DNA of 64,000 nt. It comes from Psammoneis japonica (lineage: Eukaryota). The notes beneath the pieces are model-generated. The model had not been told where the DNA came from. It did not search any database and worked only from the letters and a program-made list of their open reading frames with translations. A program made the translations under genes and the position numbers. This document shows positions 25,645 to 37,946 of the stretch, in pieces (the stretch's first letter is position 1; each line of letters starts with the position of its first letter). The stretch spans positions 124,001 through 188,000 of the forward strand of contig QPGO01000081.1 of NCBI GenBank assembly GCA_008632985.1, in the 5' to 3' direction.

Positions 25645-26649
25645 CCTTTTCTTGCTCTTGCACCCATTTTGAGCAGAAATTGTGGCTTTTTTGCCAATCA
25701 AAAGGGACCAGTCATTTTGCACTTGTTTCACTCTTTGAAGCCAAGCTTGGTTGCTCTGCTGTTGCCATTTGTGTTCATGTTGGCTGGCGCCAATTCCACA
25801 ACAGTCAATTTTCTGCCCTTTGGAGCACTTTTCAGGAGCCGAATCTTCAAGAGTCAGGCCTGCTTGAGCAGTGTCAAAAGGAAAACTGTCCTCCTCTCCA
25901 GCTTGGCCAGGCAGCACAGATTGGATCACACATTTGGACCTCCCAGAGTGGGAGTTGGTTGTGGGAGCCACATGACAAGACAGCACATGATGAGGAGGAT
26001 GCTGACTCATGGAAATCATCTCAACATCAGCAGGCAGAAGCTGAGCTTGCAGTTGTGTGTGACAAATGCCAGCAGGAGCACCTTGCCAAAAGAAAAAGAG
26101 AGGTTCTGATGGACACTCCATCCATGCACAAAAGACCACATGTCCCATTCCACCACTTCCAGAATTCAGCTCAGAGTTGTGTTGCTGAGGTCAAACCATG
26201 TCCAAAGGAGAAAATCAACAAAGTGAAGGGCCAAATGCTTTGTGGCACTTGCACCATTGCCAGCTGCTTCAGTGGGGTGTCACCTTGTTCAGGTGTTTGG
26301 CCAGTGCTGGCACAGCTGGCAAAGGAGCAACAGCACTTAAAACTCAGATTTGATTTTTTGGCTTTTTGTGTTGTTCACATTGGCGCAACTTTAAGGCAGT
26401 GTGGCATGACTGGAGTGCTGCCTGTGGTCTCTTTGGCTCAGCAACAATTCACCACTTCACATGGGTGGATGCAGCACAACATTCCAACACAGGTTTGTTG
26501 AAGAATGTGCAAAAGCAACCCGAGCAAGATTGCTGCCAAGTCAACCCAACATGTCAAAGCCACAAAGCTGCACATGATGCTGCACAGTTTGAAGTTTCCA
26601 GTTGCTCCAGCTCTTGATCACAGGATGAAGGAACTGATGCAATGCAAGG

Positions 26650-27455
26650 AAACCTGCAAAAAATGACAGAACCTGTTTGATGGCACTTTTGCATTTGTTG
26701 TTCAAAGTGAGCAACTCCACAGTCAAACAAGTCAATCTTTTGGCACACACAGTTGATCCACTGTGCCTGAGGTTCCTTGGTTGCATGTGGCATCACTCTG
26801 CAAATGGCATCTGCAATGCATTCTGGGCAACACCTTTTTCCTCACAGCATGCCAGCTGTCTTGATGATGTTTCTCTTCCACAGAAGAAAGAAGTGTTGAG
26901 ATGTGTGCACAATGAAGGCTCACCCACCTTGCAAAGTTTCTGAAGTTGTTTGAAGTTGTCAGCAGGAATGCATGGGCAAGCATCCAGCATGTCAATTGCC
27001 TCTGCCAGCAAGCATGTGTTCAGGGCATCTAACATGACAGAGGCATCATGCTGGTTTCAGCCAGAAGTGGAGGTTCAACAAGTTGAATCCTGCTTGGTGT
27101 GCATTTGCAACTGACTTTTTGTGTTCCTTTGCACAGTGCAATTCATGGCCACATTCTGCACCTTGTGCAAGCCCCCATCTGACATTGCGCTGCATGTTGA
27201 ATGCCCCATTTGTCACAGTTTTGTGGTCAGTGCATGCAACTGTCTGGTGACCAAGGAGTGCACTTCAAAACTGCTCAAGTGACCATGTTTCCATGATTTT
27301 CAAGCAACTCACATCTGCTGTGGGTGCAGACAAGCTGAGTGCATCACTCAGCTTGCAGCTGCAAAATGCCGCTGGCTTGTTTTCATGAGATGTTGCTGCT
27401 CTCCCAGCTGAAACTTGTCTGAAGCATCAGTGTGTGTGTCTCAAAGCAAAAAGAA
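26650..27455 (-). mobile_element. Second copy of the degenerate Gypsy RNase H/integrase fragment
   Basis: Paralogous to 5930-6735 within the segmental duplication. Confidence 0.7.
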
Positions 27456-30400
27456 GTGTCTGGGTGAGTCAGGAGGGCCAACACCTTTTTTCATGGACAA
27501 CTGTGTGATGACATGGTGTTGGCAGCCGTGCATGTGTGCATGTGTGTGGGGAGGGGGAGGGGCCACAAGAAACAATTTGAGGCCCAATGCAAGAACACCC
27601 CAATCTCTCAAAAAGCCTGAGACAGGTGACAAAGATCTTCCTCTGACTTCACAAGAACCTCTGTTTTGTTTTTCCAGCATGCACCTGTGTGCAAAGACAG
27701 CCAAGCATCAATTCACCCCCCCCCCCCCCCCCCCACGTGATCAACAAAAGACACAAGCAGCTGAGGTGGAGCCACTCAACTGGGTGTTCTCCAACTGTTT
27801 CAGCAAATGGCAGGCACAACAATGTTGGCTGAAGTCAGGAGAACAAGACTTTGCAGTGGCCTCATCAGTGGCTGGCTGCTGTTGTTCACATGGCGGGAGC
27901 TGCTGCATTGAAAAGATCCAAAGGAGGGTGGATGAGTTGATTCAAATGATTTAGTTCAAATTGCACCATCTCTCTGTCTCTGTCTCTCTCCCTCTTTCTC
28001 AGTGGTCTTTCTGCTCACAATCTGGCAGAATGAACTGGGGGGGCAGTGCAGCCAATTCTCCATCAAGTGCAACAAACAAGCAACAAGGTGGCCAATGCAG
28101 GGCCACTCAATGGGACTTTGCCCATGCTGCAAGGTCAACAGCAAGGCACAACAGCATTGGCCAAAGTCAGAAGTGAGGCTTCTCTGTGGTGGCTTCATCA
28201 TCAGCCAGCAGGTGTTGCTGATGTGGTGGAACAAGCTGTTGTGTTAAAAAGATCCAAGTGGGAGGGACAGCCAAGTGAGTTTGATTGACTTTGGTCAATC
28301 TGGTTCTTGTGCCATCTTGTTCCCTCTCTCTTGTGCTCTCTCTCCAGCTCTCTCTCTCTCTCTCTCTCTCTCCTCTCTCTCATCAGGCTTTCCATTTGCA
28401 TTCCAGCAGGACAAAGCAGGGGGGCTGTTGGCAGTGTGGAGGACATGGCAGGAAAAAAACAGCCAAGGCTTTGCAAGCTCTCTCTCTCTCCTCTCTCTTT
28501 GTGGCCAACATGTGAGTGACAGGCAAGCCTCCCAGGGATGCTGTTTGGCATGCCCACCTTGATGCCGGCATTCAAACAAGCACATGATGAAACAACCTGA
28601 TTGTTCTGCCAGAAAGCAGCCCCCAACCGAATGCCATCAGGACATGCTCCAACCCCCACCCGCACAAATGAGTGTCCCCTCAAGTTGTCTCTGTTTGGCA
28701 TCATCAAACAAGGAGGTCTTGAAACACACATGCAGAGCTTTGGACATTTCAGTGACAAGTGGCTTCATGATGGAAAGCACCATGCTTTTGAGGAGAAAGC
28801 AGTGAGGATGACAAGTGTGTCTTGTGCCATTGCTTTGTGACTAAAGTTGCTCTGCTGTCATCACAATTCTCACAAGGAAGGCATTTCATGTTTGCACATC
28901 ATGCAATTGGAGCTTTTTCCACTTGTTGTCAATGTGAGCTGCACTTGACTGCTTGTTGTCAATGTGTGCCACACCTTCTGTTTTGGCTTTTTTTCAATTT
29001 TTCATTGTCACATCTGTTGTCAAATGCAGTGGTTGTGAATGGCCATCAAGCTGAAAAATCAAAGCATGAAATTTCACATCCTGACATTGCTGCTGTGGGT
29101 GTTTCAGCCCCATGGAGCCAGCCACAATTCACAGAAAACATTCCACCTGCGCAAATCCATGCACTTTCTGTGTGACCTTCACAACCCATCTTTTCTGAGG
29201 TGAAGCCAACAATCAGATTTTTGGCAATGTGACCAACAACCACTTTTTGTTGCTGTGGGCACATTTGTTTTGTCATTGAAGCAACAACCTTGAGGCATGT
29301 GTGTGGCATGGAGCTCTGAGAAGACAGGCAGCAGAAGCATTCTTCTGAGAGCTTGTTTGAATTTTTTGCAGGTGTGCTGAAGGCAGGGCTCCTGATGGCG
29401 CCTCCTTTGATTTCTCCACTTCAAAAGGTCCACCCCTTGCTCACATCAGTGTTCAAAGTTGAGTTGTCAACTGGCAAACTGCAAGCAGAGAGCCAGACTC
29501 ATCACATTCATGCCAAAGCACAGTGCCAAGAGAACACAGAGCAGCTTGGGGTGGGTTGAGTTTGAGAAAACTGAGCTCAGGATTGACTCATTTGAAGAAG
29601 GTCAATTGCGGGGTTCAAGGATGAGAAGCCATTTGGAGCAGTGGTCATGAAGAGAAAGTGGCTGGTCTGTGTGTGTTGGTCATTTTGGGAATGAGCAGAT
29701 TTGGCTGCTTTGGACACCAAGGTTTTGCATTCAATGCCTTTGCCCGGGTCTCTCCTCTTGCCCCGAAAAACAACAGTGCGCAGCTGCAAACGCTCTTTTG
29801 ACAAATGAGGTGTGTGTTGCAGAAACAAACCATGGCTGCCATTGACCTGTGCCATCATGCATCTAGATGAGGGTTTGCAGATGCCATGAATGAGCAGAAG
29901 ACATGTCACAGAAGGAGCAGACATCATCTTGTTCATTGTGGGTGTGAGTGCTGTCTTTGTCGAGCGAGGTGACTTGTTTGGCACAAAGCAATCGTTTTCA
30001 ACCGTGAGTTCTTCAGGGCATGAAATTTTTGTTGTTGTTTAAAAAGTGATGTCTTGGAAGTGCTTTAGATGGGAGACAACAACTGAAGCGTCGGCATTGG
30101 CTCATTGTGGAATTCGCTCCTGCCGGGGGTAATCGTTTGGATGGGGGGCAGCAGATTTTTGATGAGATTCCTTTTCCCTTTTCTACAAAGAGTGCCATGA
30201 GAAATTCGGATTCCTGTCCCAGTATAAAAACTTAGTGTTTTTCTACATGCACAACTTCTACGATGGATGATTCGTAGAATGAATTCGAAAATCCGAAAAT
30301 CCGATCCAGATCGTCATCGCATCCCGCGAGAGAGACGACGAAGATATTGTACGTAGGGCCTACTGTACACACCGATACTTCGATTGAACTAAAGATGATT

Positions 30401-30467
30401 CTTGTCGCAAATTCTCACATTTTCACCGGAAGTGAATCAGCAAGAACTTCAGATTGAAAGGGAGACA

Positions 30468-31238
30468 ATGAAGGTTGCTAATCTTGTTCCGATTCTTGTC
30501 GCCGCTGTGATCCCGTCGGCCGTCGTTGCCGTCGAGCCGACAAGTTCAAGCAGTGGGGTTCAAGTTTACGAGAACTTCTTCTCAAACGATGACATTGAGA
30601 CGATTTACAAGAATCAGAAGTCGTCCTGCAAGACTGCGTCTTGGGAGATGCAGTACCGATCGTCTCATTGTGGTGCTACTTTCCTATCAAAGGAGCAGAT
30701 CAGGAATCTGAATCAGGCTGTCAATGGTGCTACCACCAAGGACGAAGACGGCGAGGCGCAGTACGTCATTATGAAGACCATGACCGAGACAACCCCGGCG
30801 CATGTCGACGGTGCCATGAAGGCGGATGGCTCATGTGGGCCCAGTAACGACGACGTCGCTTTCATCTTCTTGAATACCAATCCTGATGCAAACTTTGTTG
30901 TTGAAGGAATGGATCAACCCGTCCCTGTCAAGGAGGGCAGTCTTGTTACGTTTCCTGGCACGAAGTTCCGTCATCACATGGTTGTGAAGAGCGGCTCGGT
31001 GAAGATCGCTGGTCCCTTTACGAAAGCATATCCGCATCGTCTGGCTGGAGCCAGTAGTGGAGGTGGGAGTAACTTTATTGATTGGTTCATTTCGAAGCTC
31101 AAGCGATGCTTCAGTAAGGGGAAGGATCCCAACCCTATCAGAAACCGTCAGTTGTTGGCTGAGCATTGGCTCCGTGGCGGACTAAACGAAAAAGTCGACG
31201 TTACCGAGAAGGACAATGGCGTCACCTCGTTAGAGTGA
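30468..31238 (+). CDS. Secreted protein with a 2OG-Fe(II) oxygenase-like HxD...H signature
   Basis: Intact ORF; signal peptide MKVANLVPILVAAVIPSAVVA; TPAHVDG...FIFLN...PVKEGSLVTFPG...RHH; normal TA and Tyr content. Confidence 0.7.
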   Translation: MKVANLVPILVAAVIPSAVVAVEPTSSSSGVQVYENFFSNDDIETIYKNQKSSCKTASWEMQYRSSHCGATFLSKEQIRNLNQAVNGATTKDEDGEAQYVIMKTMTETTPAHVDGAMKADGSCGPSNDDVAFIFLNTNPDANFVVEGMDQPVPVKEGSLVTFPGTKFRHHMVVKSGSVKIAGPFTKAYPHRLAGASSGGGSNFIDWFISKLKRCFSKGKDPNPIRNRQLLAEHWLRGGLNEKVDVTEKDNGVTSLE

Positions 31239-31549
31239 GTGCAGCTCAGAGAATCTGTAGAGCCTGAAAATGGAGGTAATGCCCTTGTTGGATAGCTCTG
31301 TAAACTTCAGTAGGATATTGTGACGTGTTGTATTGCAGTGCTCTGATTTACATTTGCGATGTTCTTGGCTCGCGATAAGTCTCACTACACCGCCTGACGT
31401 GGTTGATGGTTCCAAAAACTCAGAATCATCCACCGTCGGACCGATTCCTGCACAAGGAGCATCGCAAATGGTTAAACCTCGTTTCCTGCTTGTCACATCC
31501 AGGTGTCTTTCCTTCAACCTTTTCCATTTATTTTAACATGAAAAGGAAC

Positions 31550-33320
31550 AAGGGATTCTAAAAGTGTCGCTTTGTGTCGCCATTTAAAAGGAGAATAAAG
31601 ATTGATCAGATGTCCACACAGTTCATGACAGAAGGATCAGCATCATGCTCTCCTGGCTGCATGAACCCAGACATTGTCTGCTGCATTGTCCAGTCTCACA
31701 TGGCACACGAGGTGCTTCAACAAAGACAAAAGAGGTGGCTTGACCTCTCCATCCCCACAATGACACAAGAGGAGAGCCAACCATGATCTCCTGATTTTTG
31801 AGGAGTGTGCAACAACACAATTACAAAAAACATGACACCCGCCACCAAACCACAGGAATGCATCCACTCAGCTCATGGAAAGTCAACAAATGATTGACCA
31901 GCGATGAATCCTCCAATTGATTTTGGCTTGAGAACAAAATGACAGCAGGAAAGCACACTGTGCTTGTGCAGTCAAGGGCAAACCAGTGCAACTTGCCATG
32001 AAAAAAGTGCAACAAGAGTTGATGGCTCAGGCCAAGCAGACACCACACTGTCCAGCATGACAATGGGGAAATTTTGCATGTGTTCATGCAATCAAGGCTC
32101 ACTCTTTTTTGGCACTTTCATCTCTTCTCACACACACAAAAGAAATGTTTGGAGCCAACAACATGCTGGCCATTGTGCCCTCCTTCTTGTAAACCTCTTG
32201 TTGTTTTTGTCTCCAGTTGTGTGCTGTGCTCTTTGTGCCTGTGTGACATGGCCCTCAAACAACACGCAAATCTTGAAGGTTCTAGAAGTGGCAGAGCTTT
32301 TTTCCTAAAAGTGCTTTTCAGTGAGACCAATTGCAGTGCATTGCCAGGAGTCATTGCTCAAGGTGCAATGAATCCTGGCTGTGACAATGCCGGCAGTTGT
32401 TGAAGCAACAGCAGCAGCAGCAGCAGCAAAGAGGGGGCCAAGTTCCTGGATGCTGTTGAGCCCTTGACAGACACTGTGTCTGCCGCTGCAAAATGACTGT
32501 CTTTTTTTTTGTTTTTGATGAAGTGAACGTGCATCAATGTTGAAAGCCCCCCCCCCAAACTCAGTTTTGCTGGTGGCAGTGGTTGGAGCTTTTTTTTTGC
32601 CACTGGCGCTGGTGGGATGGAAGCCTCTGCACCAACAGCGCTGGTGGTGATGGGGGAGCCTGTGCACAGCCACCAGCATTCAAGGCAGTTGGAGCCTTGT
32701 TGTCCAGTGGCAGTGGGTGCCCCTTCTGCACGCCACTGGCATTGGATGGTTGGAGCCTTTTTTGCTGCTGGCACCGGTGGCAGCAGCAGGGGAGCCTGTG
32801 CGCGGGGCCAGCACTGGTGGTGGTGGAAGCCTGTGCACTGCTGGCACTGGAGGCAGTTGGAGCCTGTTGCTGCTGGCACTGATGGCAGTTGGAGCTTGAG
32901 CTCTGGTGGCAGTGGGAACCTGTGCACAGCTCTGCAGGCATTGGCAGTGGATGAAGCAAACGTGTGTGCTCTTCCTGATGCTCAAGTTGGTTGGATCCTT
33001 TTCTAGCTGCCAGCAGAGGAGCTCTTCCATTTGAGAAAACACAGGTGCCACCATCCTGCAAGAGAGCATTCCCTGGCTCATGTCAAAGTGCAAAACATGC
33101 TGTGCTGATCTTTGGCTCTGGCACTTGCCTTTTCAATGGCTTGAACACTGTCCAAGAAACACAGCGAGGCTGCACCACACAACCCACAATGACCAGGAAT
33201 CGGCCGCGTTGCATGCAGCAGTGCTTCAAAATTTCCACATGCATGCAACAACAGAAAAATGACATCGATTGTTGGTGTTGCGAATGGCCCAAATGGTCCG
33301 GCTCTCCAAAATTTCAAAGC
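31550..33320. repeat. TpA-depleted degenerate repeat island with an internal minisatellite-like array (~32570-32960)
   Basis: Near absence of TA; recurring GGCAGTTGGAGCC and GCCTGTGCAC motifs. Family not recognised. Confidence 0.6.
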
Positions 33321-33681
33321 TGGTAGTGATTTTATGTGCGGACCAATCAAAAGCTCTCAGTGATCCATTTTTTTCCGCTATTCCTACTGGCAGTAGAGCT
33401 TTACTACTCTACTAGCTACTCTCTACTCTCTAGCTAGAGAGTACTGTAGAGAGAGAGAGAGAGGCTCTCTATTCCCTAGCTAGTAGCTAGTGGTAGAGAG
33501 ATAGTCGAGAAGAGTAGCAGTAATAAATTACCGCAGCCCTACCGTACTACAGTAGGCTAATCCACGATCTGAATGGGGAAGCGTATCTTTGGTGTCAAAT
33601 AATGTCACAGGCGAAAGTTTCATTTTTCATTAGCCCTTCGTTGCGCTCACGGCCTTCTTTTCTTTTGTGTATTATTCTCAC

Positions 33682-34909
33682 ATGATGAAGCTCAGTCTCC
33701 TGGCTTCCTTTCTTCTTTTCTCCAATGGGGTCGCATTCGATGTCCCTGGTCGCTTGAAAGCCACTCTCCATGTCGACATTGTTGTCGGCAACACCATTGC
33801 CAGGATTCCAAAGTCTCAGGCTCGACTTGCTCGAACAGGGCAAAAGAAGATCTACAAGTACCAGCTGTATGCAAAGCAGCTAAGCGGGGAACGTAGAGCC
33901 ACTAGGCAGATTGAGTTCTTCCAGATATTTTTGACAATACCTACATTCCACCTTCGTATGCAAAACAGAACGGGCCACCCTTTGTAACGGAACATGATTG
34001 CTGGGACATGTCCACGGCACTGTTGAAGGTCACCATGAAAGATGGTAGTGTCAAAAAGATATACAAGCGTCTCCGTGCTGAAGAGAATAATGGTGCTAAG
34101 TTTGTCTCGTTTACAAGCCATTTCAAGTCTCGACAGGCCGCGCCTTCGGAGTGGAGATGGAGCTTCTCGCTCCAGTCAAACCAGGGAAGATTCGTGATGC
34201 AATCGAGCGTGTGACGGATCAGTAAGTCTTGTGACAGGCTACAATGCTAACACCATGCGAGCATGGAAGGTGGAAACTGATGACAGCATCAAGCGCCCAA
34301 AACAATGCACGGCATTGAGCTGGTAACCCCCATCTTACGAGGGGAGGGTGGTCTCGACCTGCTTGGCAAGGTCGCCAATGAACTGTCCAAGCAAGGCTGT
34401 ACGGTGAACAAATCCTGTGGCCTACATGTTCACTATGATCTGACGGGTGTCAAGTTTGCGCAGCTCAAGCGCTTGTGCCAAAACTGGGTCAAGTATGAAG
34501 AAGCATTCGACATGATGTTGCCGGCCGATCGGCAGGCATCAAACAACGAATTTTGTTTGAGCGTTCGTTCCAACATGCGATTTGCTAAGCTTTCCAACCA
34601 AGAAGCCATGAGCTTATCTACCAGCAAACTTCAATCAAAGGTCTTGTCAAGCTCATGAATGCTCACCCTGGCAACCGTAGTCGCTACCACAAGCTGAACC
34701 TTCAGAATCTTGTCTCCAAGACCAACCCGCGAAACACTATTGAATTTCGCGGACCACCTGGAACTTGCGATCCAAGCCGAATTGAGCAATGGGTGCGTCT
34801 TTTTGACAAGTTTATCAACGCGTCGACGCAAAAGGCGACTTGTCAACCTTTCAAGGATACGACCACCACGAAAGTCAAACGTCGTAGTCTCGACAAGTTT
34901 CTCAAATGA
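33682..34909 (+). CDS. Putative amidoligase (Amidoligase_2 / COOH-NH2 ligase-like), split by frameshifts
   Basis: Motifs in order: FGVEMEL (~34147), WKVETDDSI, GIELVTPIL, VNKSCGLHVH, RYHKLNL, TIEFR. Signal-peptide-like N-terminus MMKLSLLASFLLFSNGVAF. Confidence 0.75.
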
Positions 34910-35298
34910 AAACCCGAGAAGTTTATTTAATTGAAGAGTGAAACATCGCTCGCTCACCTGTTTAGAAATATTTGCGTCCCTCTATCTCTGCAACGTTGCT
35001 TTGTAGTAGAGTAGTTCGTCTTGGAGAGTCTCGCAAGACGATTTCTCGGCCTTCATGCTGCAATCTGTTTTGCATATGGGAATCTACCAACAGAATCAGA
35101 AAGAATGAAACATGATGGGCGAGAAGTATCCTCCGTAGGTTTGGCAACGATGGACTCTCTTATTCTCTGGGGCTTTCGTGGTTCGTGCTTTGCCACCTAG
35201 ACAAACGAATCAAGGGGTATATTTTCTTGTGCAACTGCTAGCCTACTCTGCTTTCTTCATCCGACTCTCAAATACCACATAGGGTACGCCAAACCATT

Positions 35299-36169
35299 TT
35301 AATGTAGGTTCCCCCATTCTTGTTGCATACCTCGTGCTGCCATCAGAACTTGCACGAGTAGCCATGCTAACAATCCAGACAGTGCATGCCAAGCCGGATG
35401 AACCACTCGGTTCCAAATCATGGGTGCCAGGACATTATCTCCAAAGAGTCCATCGCGCATAACTTTGTTGCAAAACAGCATTTCACTGATCCACACCCAA
35501 AGGCCAAGTATCGCAGTCCATCCAGTAGCAATGGCCAATGGGAACACACTGTTGCCTTGAAATGAATTCCAGCATGCTCGTTTCGCTTTCCCCAGTCAAT
35601 TCCAAAGGATATCCAGATATCGAGAATATCATGATGTGAGTATATGCGGAAAAGATAATGTGAAATATTGCAAAGTGGTGTCTTTGCAAGACATAGATTG
35701 TCGTTGCAGCGACGGCTGACAACAGCACAAGCGCCGCCAAACACCTCTCTTGTTTCTCCCGCCACCTTGTCATCTTTTGCGCCAGTATAACATCCAAGGC
35801 AATAAAGGCAGCAGTCGCCGTGTACCACAACATGGGTAGTTCATCCCCACCCTGAGCTCCGCTGTGAGTAGACTGTGCAGAGCTATAGATCCAAGTCCAA
35901 TGCCAAAAGTGTTGCGTACACAATGACAAACCGCCTTCCCTATGAAATTCTTTCGAGGGGGGACCAAACAAACCCAGCAGAGCCAGAGGAACGTAGCATG
36001 TCAAGCTTGAGAAAGTATTGGCTGGTTCGGCAATATATGGCGTGTGCCGAAAATCTTCTTCACAGAAATTGATGGAAGAGGAGAGCAACAACTCGTCCGT
36101 GCCTTCATCGTGGTCGTGATGCTCCAAGTACAAAACGGGAAGAGTCACGACTATTGTTGCCGAGCTCAT
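35299..36169 (-). CDS. Alkaline ceramidase (CREST superfamily), frameshifted in this assembly
   Basis: INFCEEDF..YIAEPANTFSSL, GLGSIALHS, GGDELPMLW and HPAWH motifs across three frames; multiple TM segments. Confidence 0.85.
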
Positions 36170-36579
36170 CAGGGCAAAGTAACACAGAATCCCACAAAAA
36201 GATTAGAAGGCTTGTTTCCTTCTTGGAGAGAAAGCTGCTTTTTGAGGTTTGGAACTAAGTGAAACTGCCCAATCAGGGCTGGAACGGCAATTGCGACCGT
36301 GGAAGGCACGCAACCGACACAATAACGATTTGGGTAGACTCATCGAGGTTAGCAGGCATGATGATGATGAGGGTAGGCTCTTATTGGAAGAATCTAGACT
36401 CTTCTTTATTGTTGTTGATTGGATCGATGGTCACAGATCGGGCGAAGTACTGAACTTCCAACTTCTTCAATGTGTTGCAACGGTCGCAACGCGCAACGGC
36501 CGCAATAACCGCCACCAACACAACGGACAACGGGTTCGTGAAGTGACGTGGCATGGGTTTCGGAGAGCCTGATGCCCGC

Positions 36580-37760
36580 CTCTCCAGTGTGATCACGTTT
36601 CCTCACTCGCTTCAAGTTGTGACAGGCCTCCAAAGCATTGACTGTCATTGTGGCAATGTCTGCCAGCAACTTGTGAGTGACTGAACTTTTCAGCAGCAGC
36701 AGGAGCACAGTCTGGCAGGCAGATGTGGCATGATGAGAATGGATGAGTTCGTGTGTGGCATCTCTCTCCCGTCAGGCAAACCAGCACATTTGAGGCACTG
36801 TTCTTTGCCATGAAAGAAAAGAAAATTCATTGTTGAATGATTTGATGTGGGAAGAAACCAGATACATGGCAAGTGAAAATTGGGCTGAAACTGGTTGCTG
36901 TGTGAGGCATGTCACATGCCAGAAGCGACGCTCTTCATGTTGCATGCGTGCCAAGCTCGCACACTCTTTCTCTTTTAATGACATTGCTTCTCCTCCTGAT
37001 TGGGAATCATGAGCCATTTTTGGCAATGATTGACAGGTCAAAAGCACCATAAAGAAAAGCAGCTTGACCTGACAGCAGTGTTCTGCCAAGTGCAAGAAGA
37101 AGAAGAACGAGGTTCGGCAGCAGCAGAAGATGACAGCCCCTCGCAGCTGCCTTTTGCTTCTGTTGGTCTCATTCAGACAAGAGAAGTGAGGGCAACAATG
37201 TGCACCTGAAGCCAAGGATGACCAAGCCAAAAATCCAAATGTGAAGAAACTTGACAACCAGCAGAAAGGAGGCTGCATCTGCAGAAGCTGTTGCACGATG
37301 TGTCTTTGCAGAGGCTGTGAGAAGTGGTGCAGCCAGCATCAAACTTGGAGCTTGAGAAGGACAATCCTCCCATCTGACAAATGGCACACCACTGTGATTG
37401 CATGGAACATGGAGTGGCCAGCCACTGGAATGTTTGGGGTCTCAAGCAAGCTTGGTGCTGGTGCCAGAGGGAAGCAATGCCATGCTCACAAGCTGGCAGA
37501 CAAAATGACAGCAATCCAGCATGAATCACAACATCACCAGGGTCAAGAAGATTGTCAGCAAGTGTGAAGCTGTGTTCAAGGACATCACAGACTTGGTGTT
37601 GTCAAGGTGGTGTCGGTTGCTCGCCCAACATTTTGTGAAGCAGAGGGCAATCAGAGCAGGCAAAACACAGATTCCATGCGCTAAAGGGCACTCACAATAA
37701 ATTTGTCAGACATCGAAAGGGCTGACATGCTTTTTGGCTCAAAATGATGCGTTTTGCGTG
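36580..37760. repeat. TpA-depleted degenerate island, probably a transposon remnant
   Basis: Abrupt TA loss between ordinary genes; Cys-rich stretch CICRSCCTMCLCRGCEKWC. Family not confidently assigned. Confidence 0.5.
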
Positions 37761-37946
37761 TTGCTTTGCTGTTTGCGGTGTGATGTGTAGAAAATGTGGT
37801 AAAAAGATGAGTAGGAATTTTCGAGTTAGTCCTAGCTTAACGTAGACTGACTCTACCGTACGCATCATTACAGCAGGCTCTAATGAAGTTTGAAGTGTTT
37901 GTGCAAAGACCAGCATAAAAGTTTCGTCCTACGTGACCAGGCAAAT

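Larger units (their letters stand above)
22453..30263 (+). repeat. Segmental duplication copy B (lacks the Copia insertion and the foldback block)
   Basis: Colinear with copy A; the ORF track shows paired near-identical peptides. Confidence 0.9.

Noticed and set aside
24919..26148. Long ORFs spanning the N run
   Set aside because: Artefacts of translating through the assembly gap.
30468..31238. The 2OG-Fe(II) oxygenase-like gene at the domain border as the DNA-modifying effector
   Set aside because: It has a clear secretion signal and no recognisable AlkB/TET or DNA-binding features; adjacency alone is not evidence.
31383..33328. CACTAC...GTAGTG as CACTA transposon termini around the island
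   Set aside because: Only 6 bp of inverted match and no target-site duplication.
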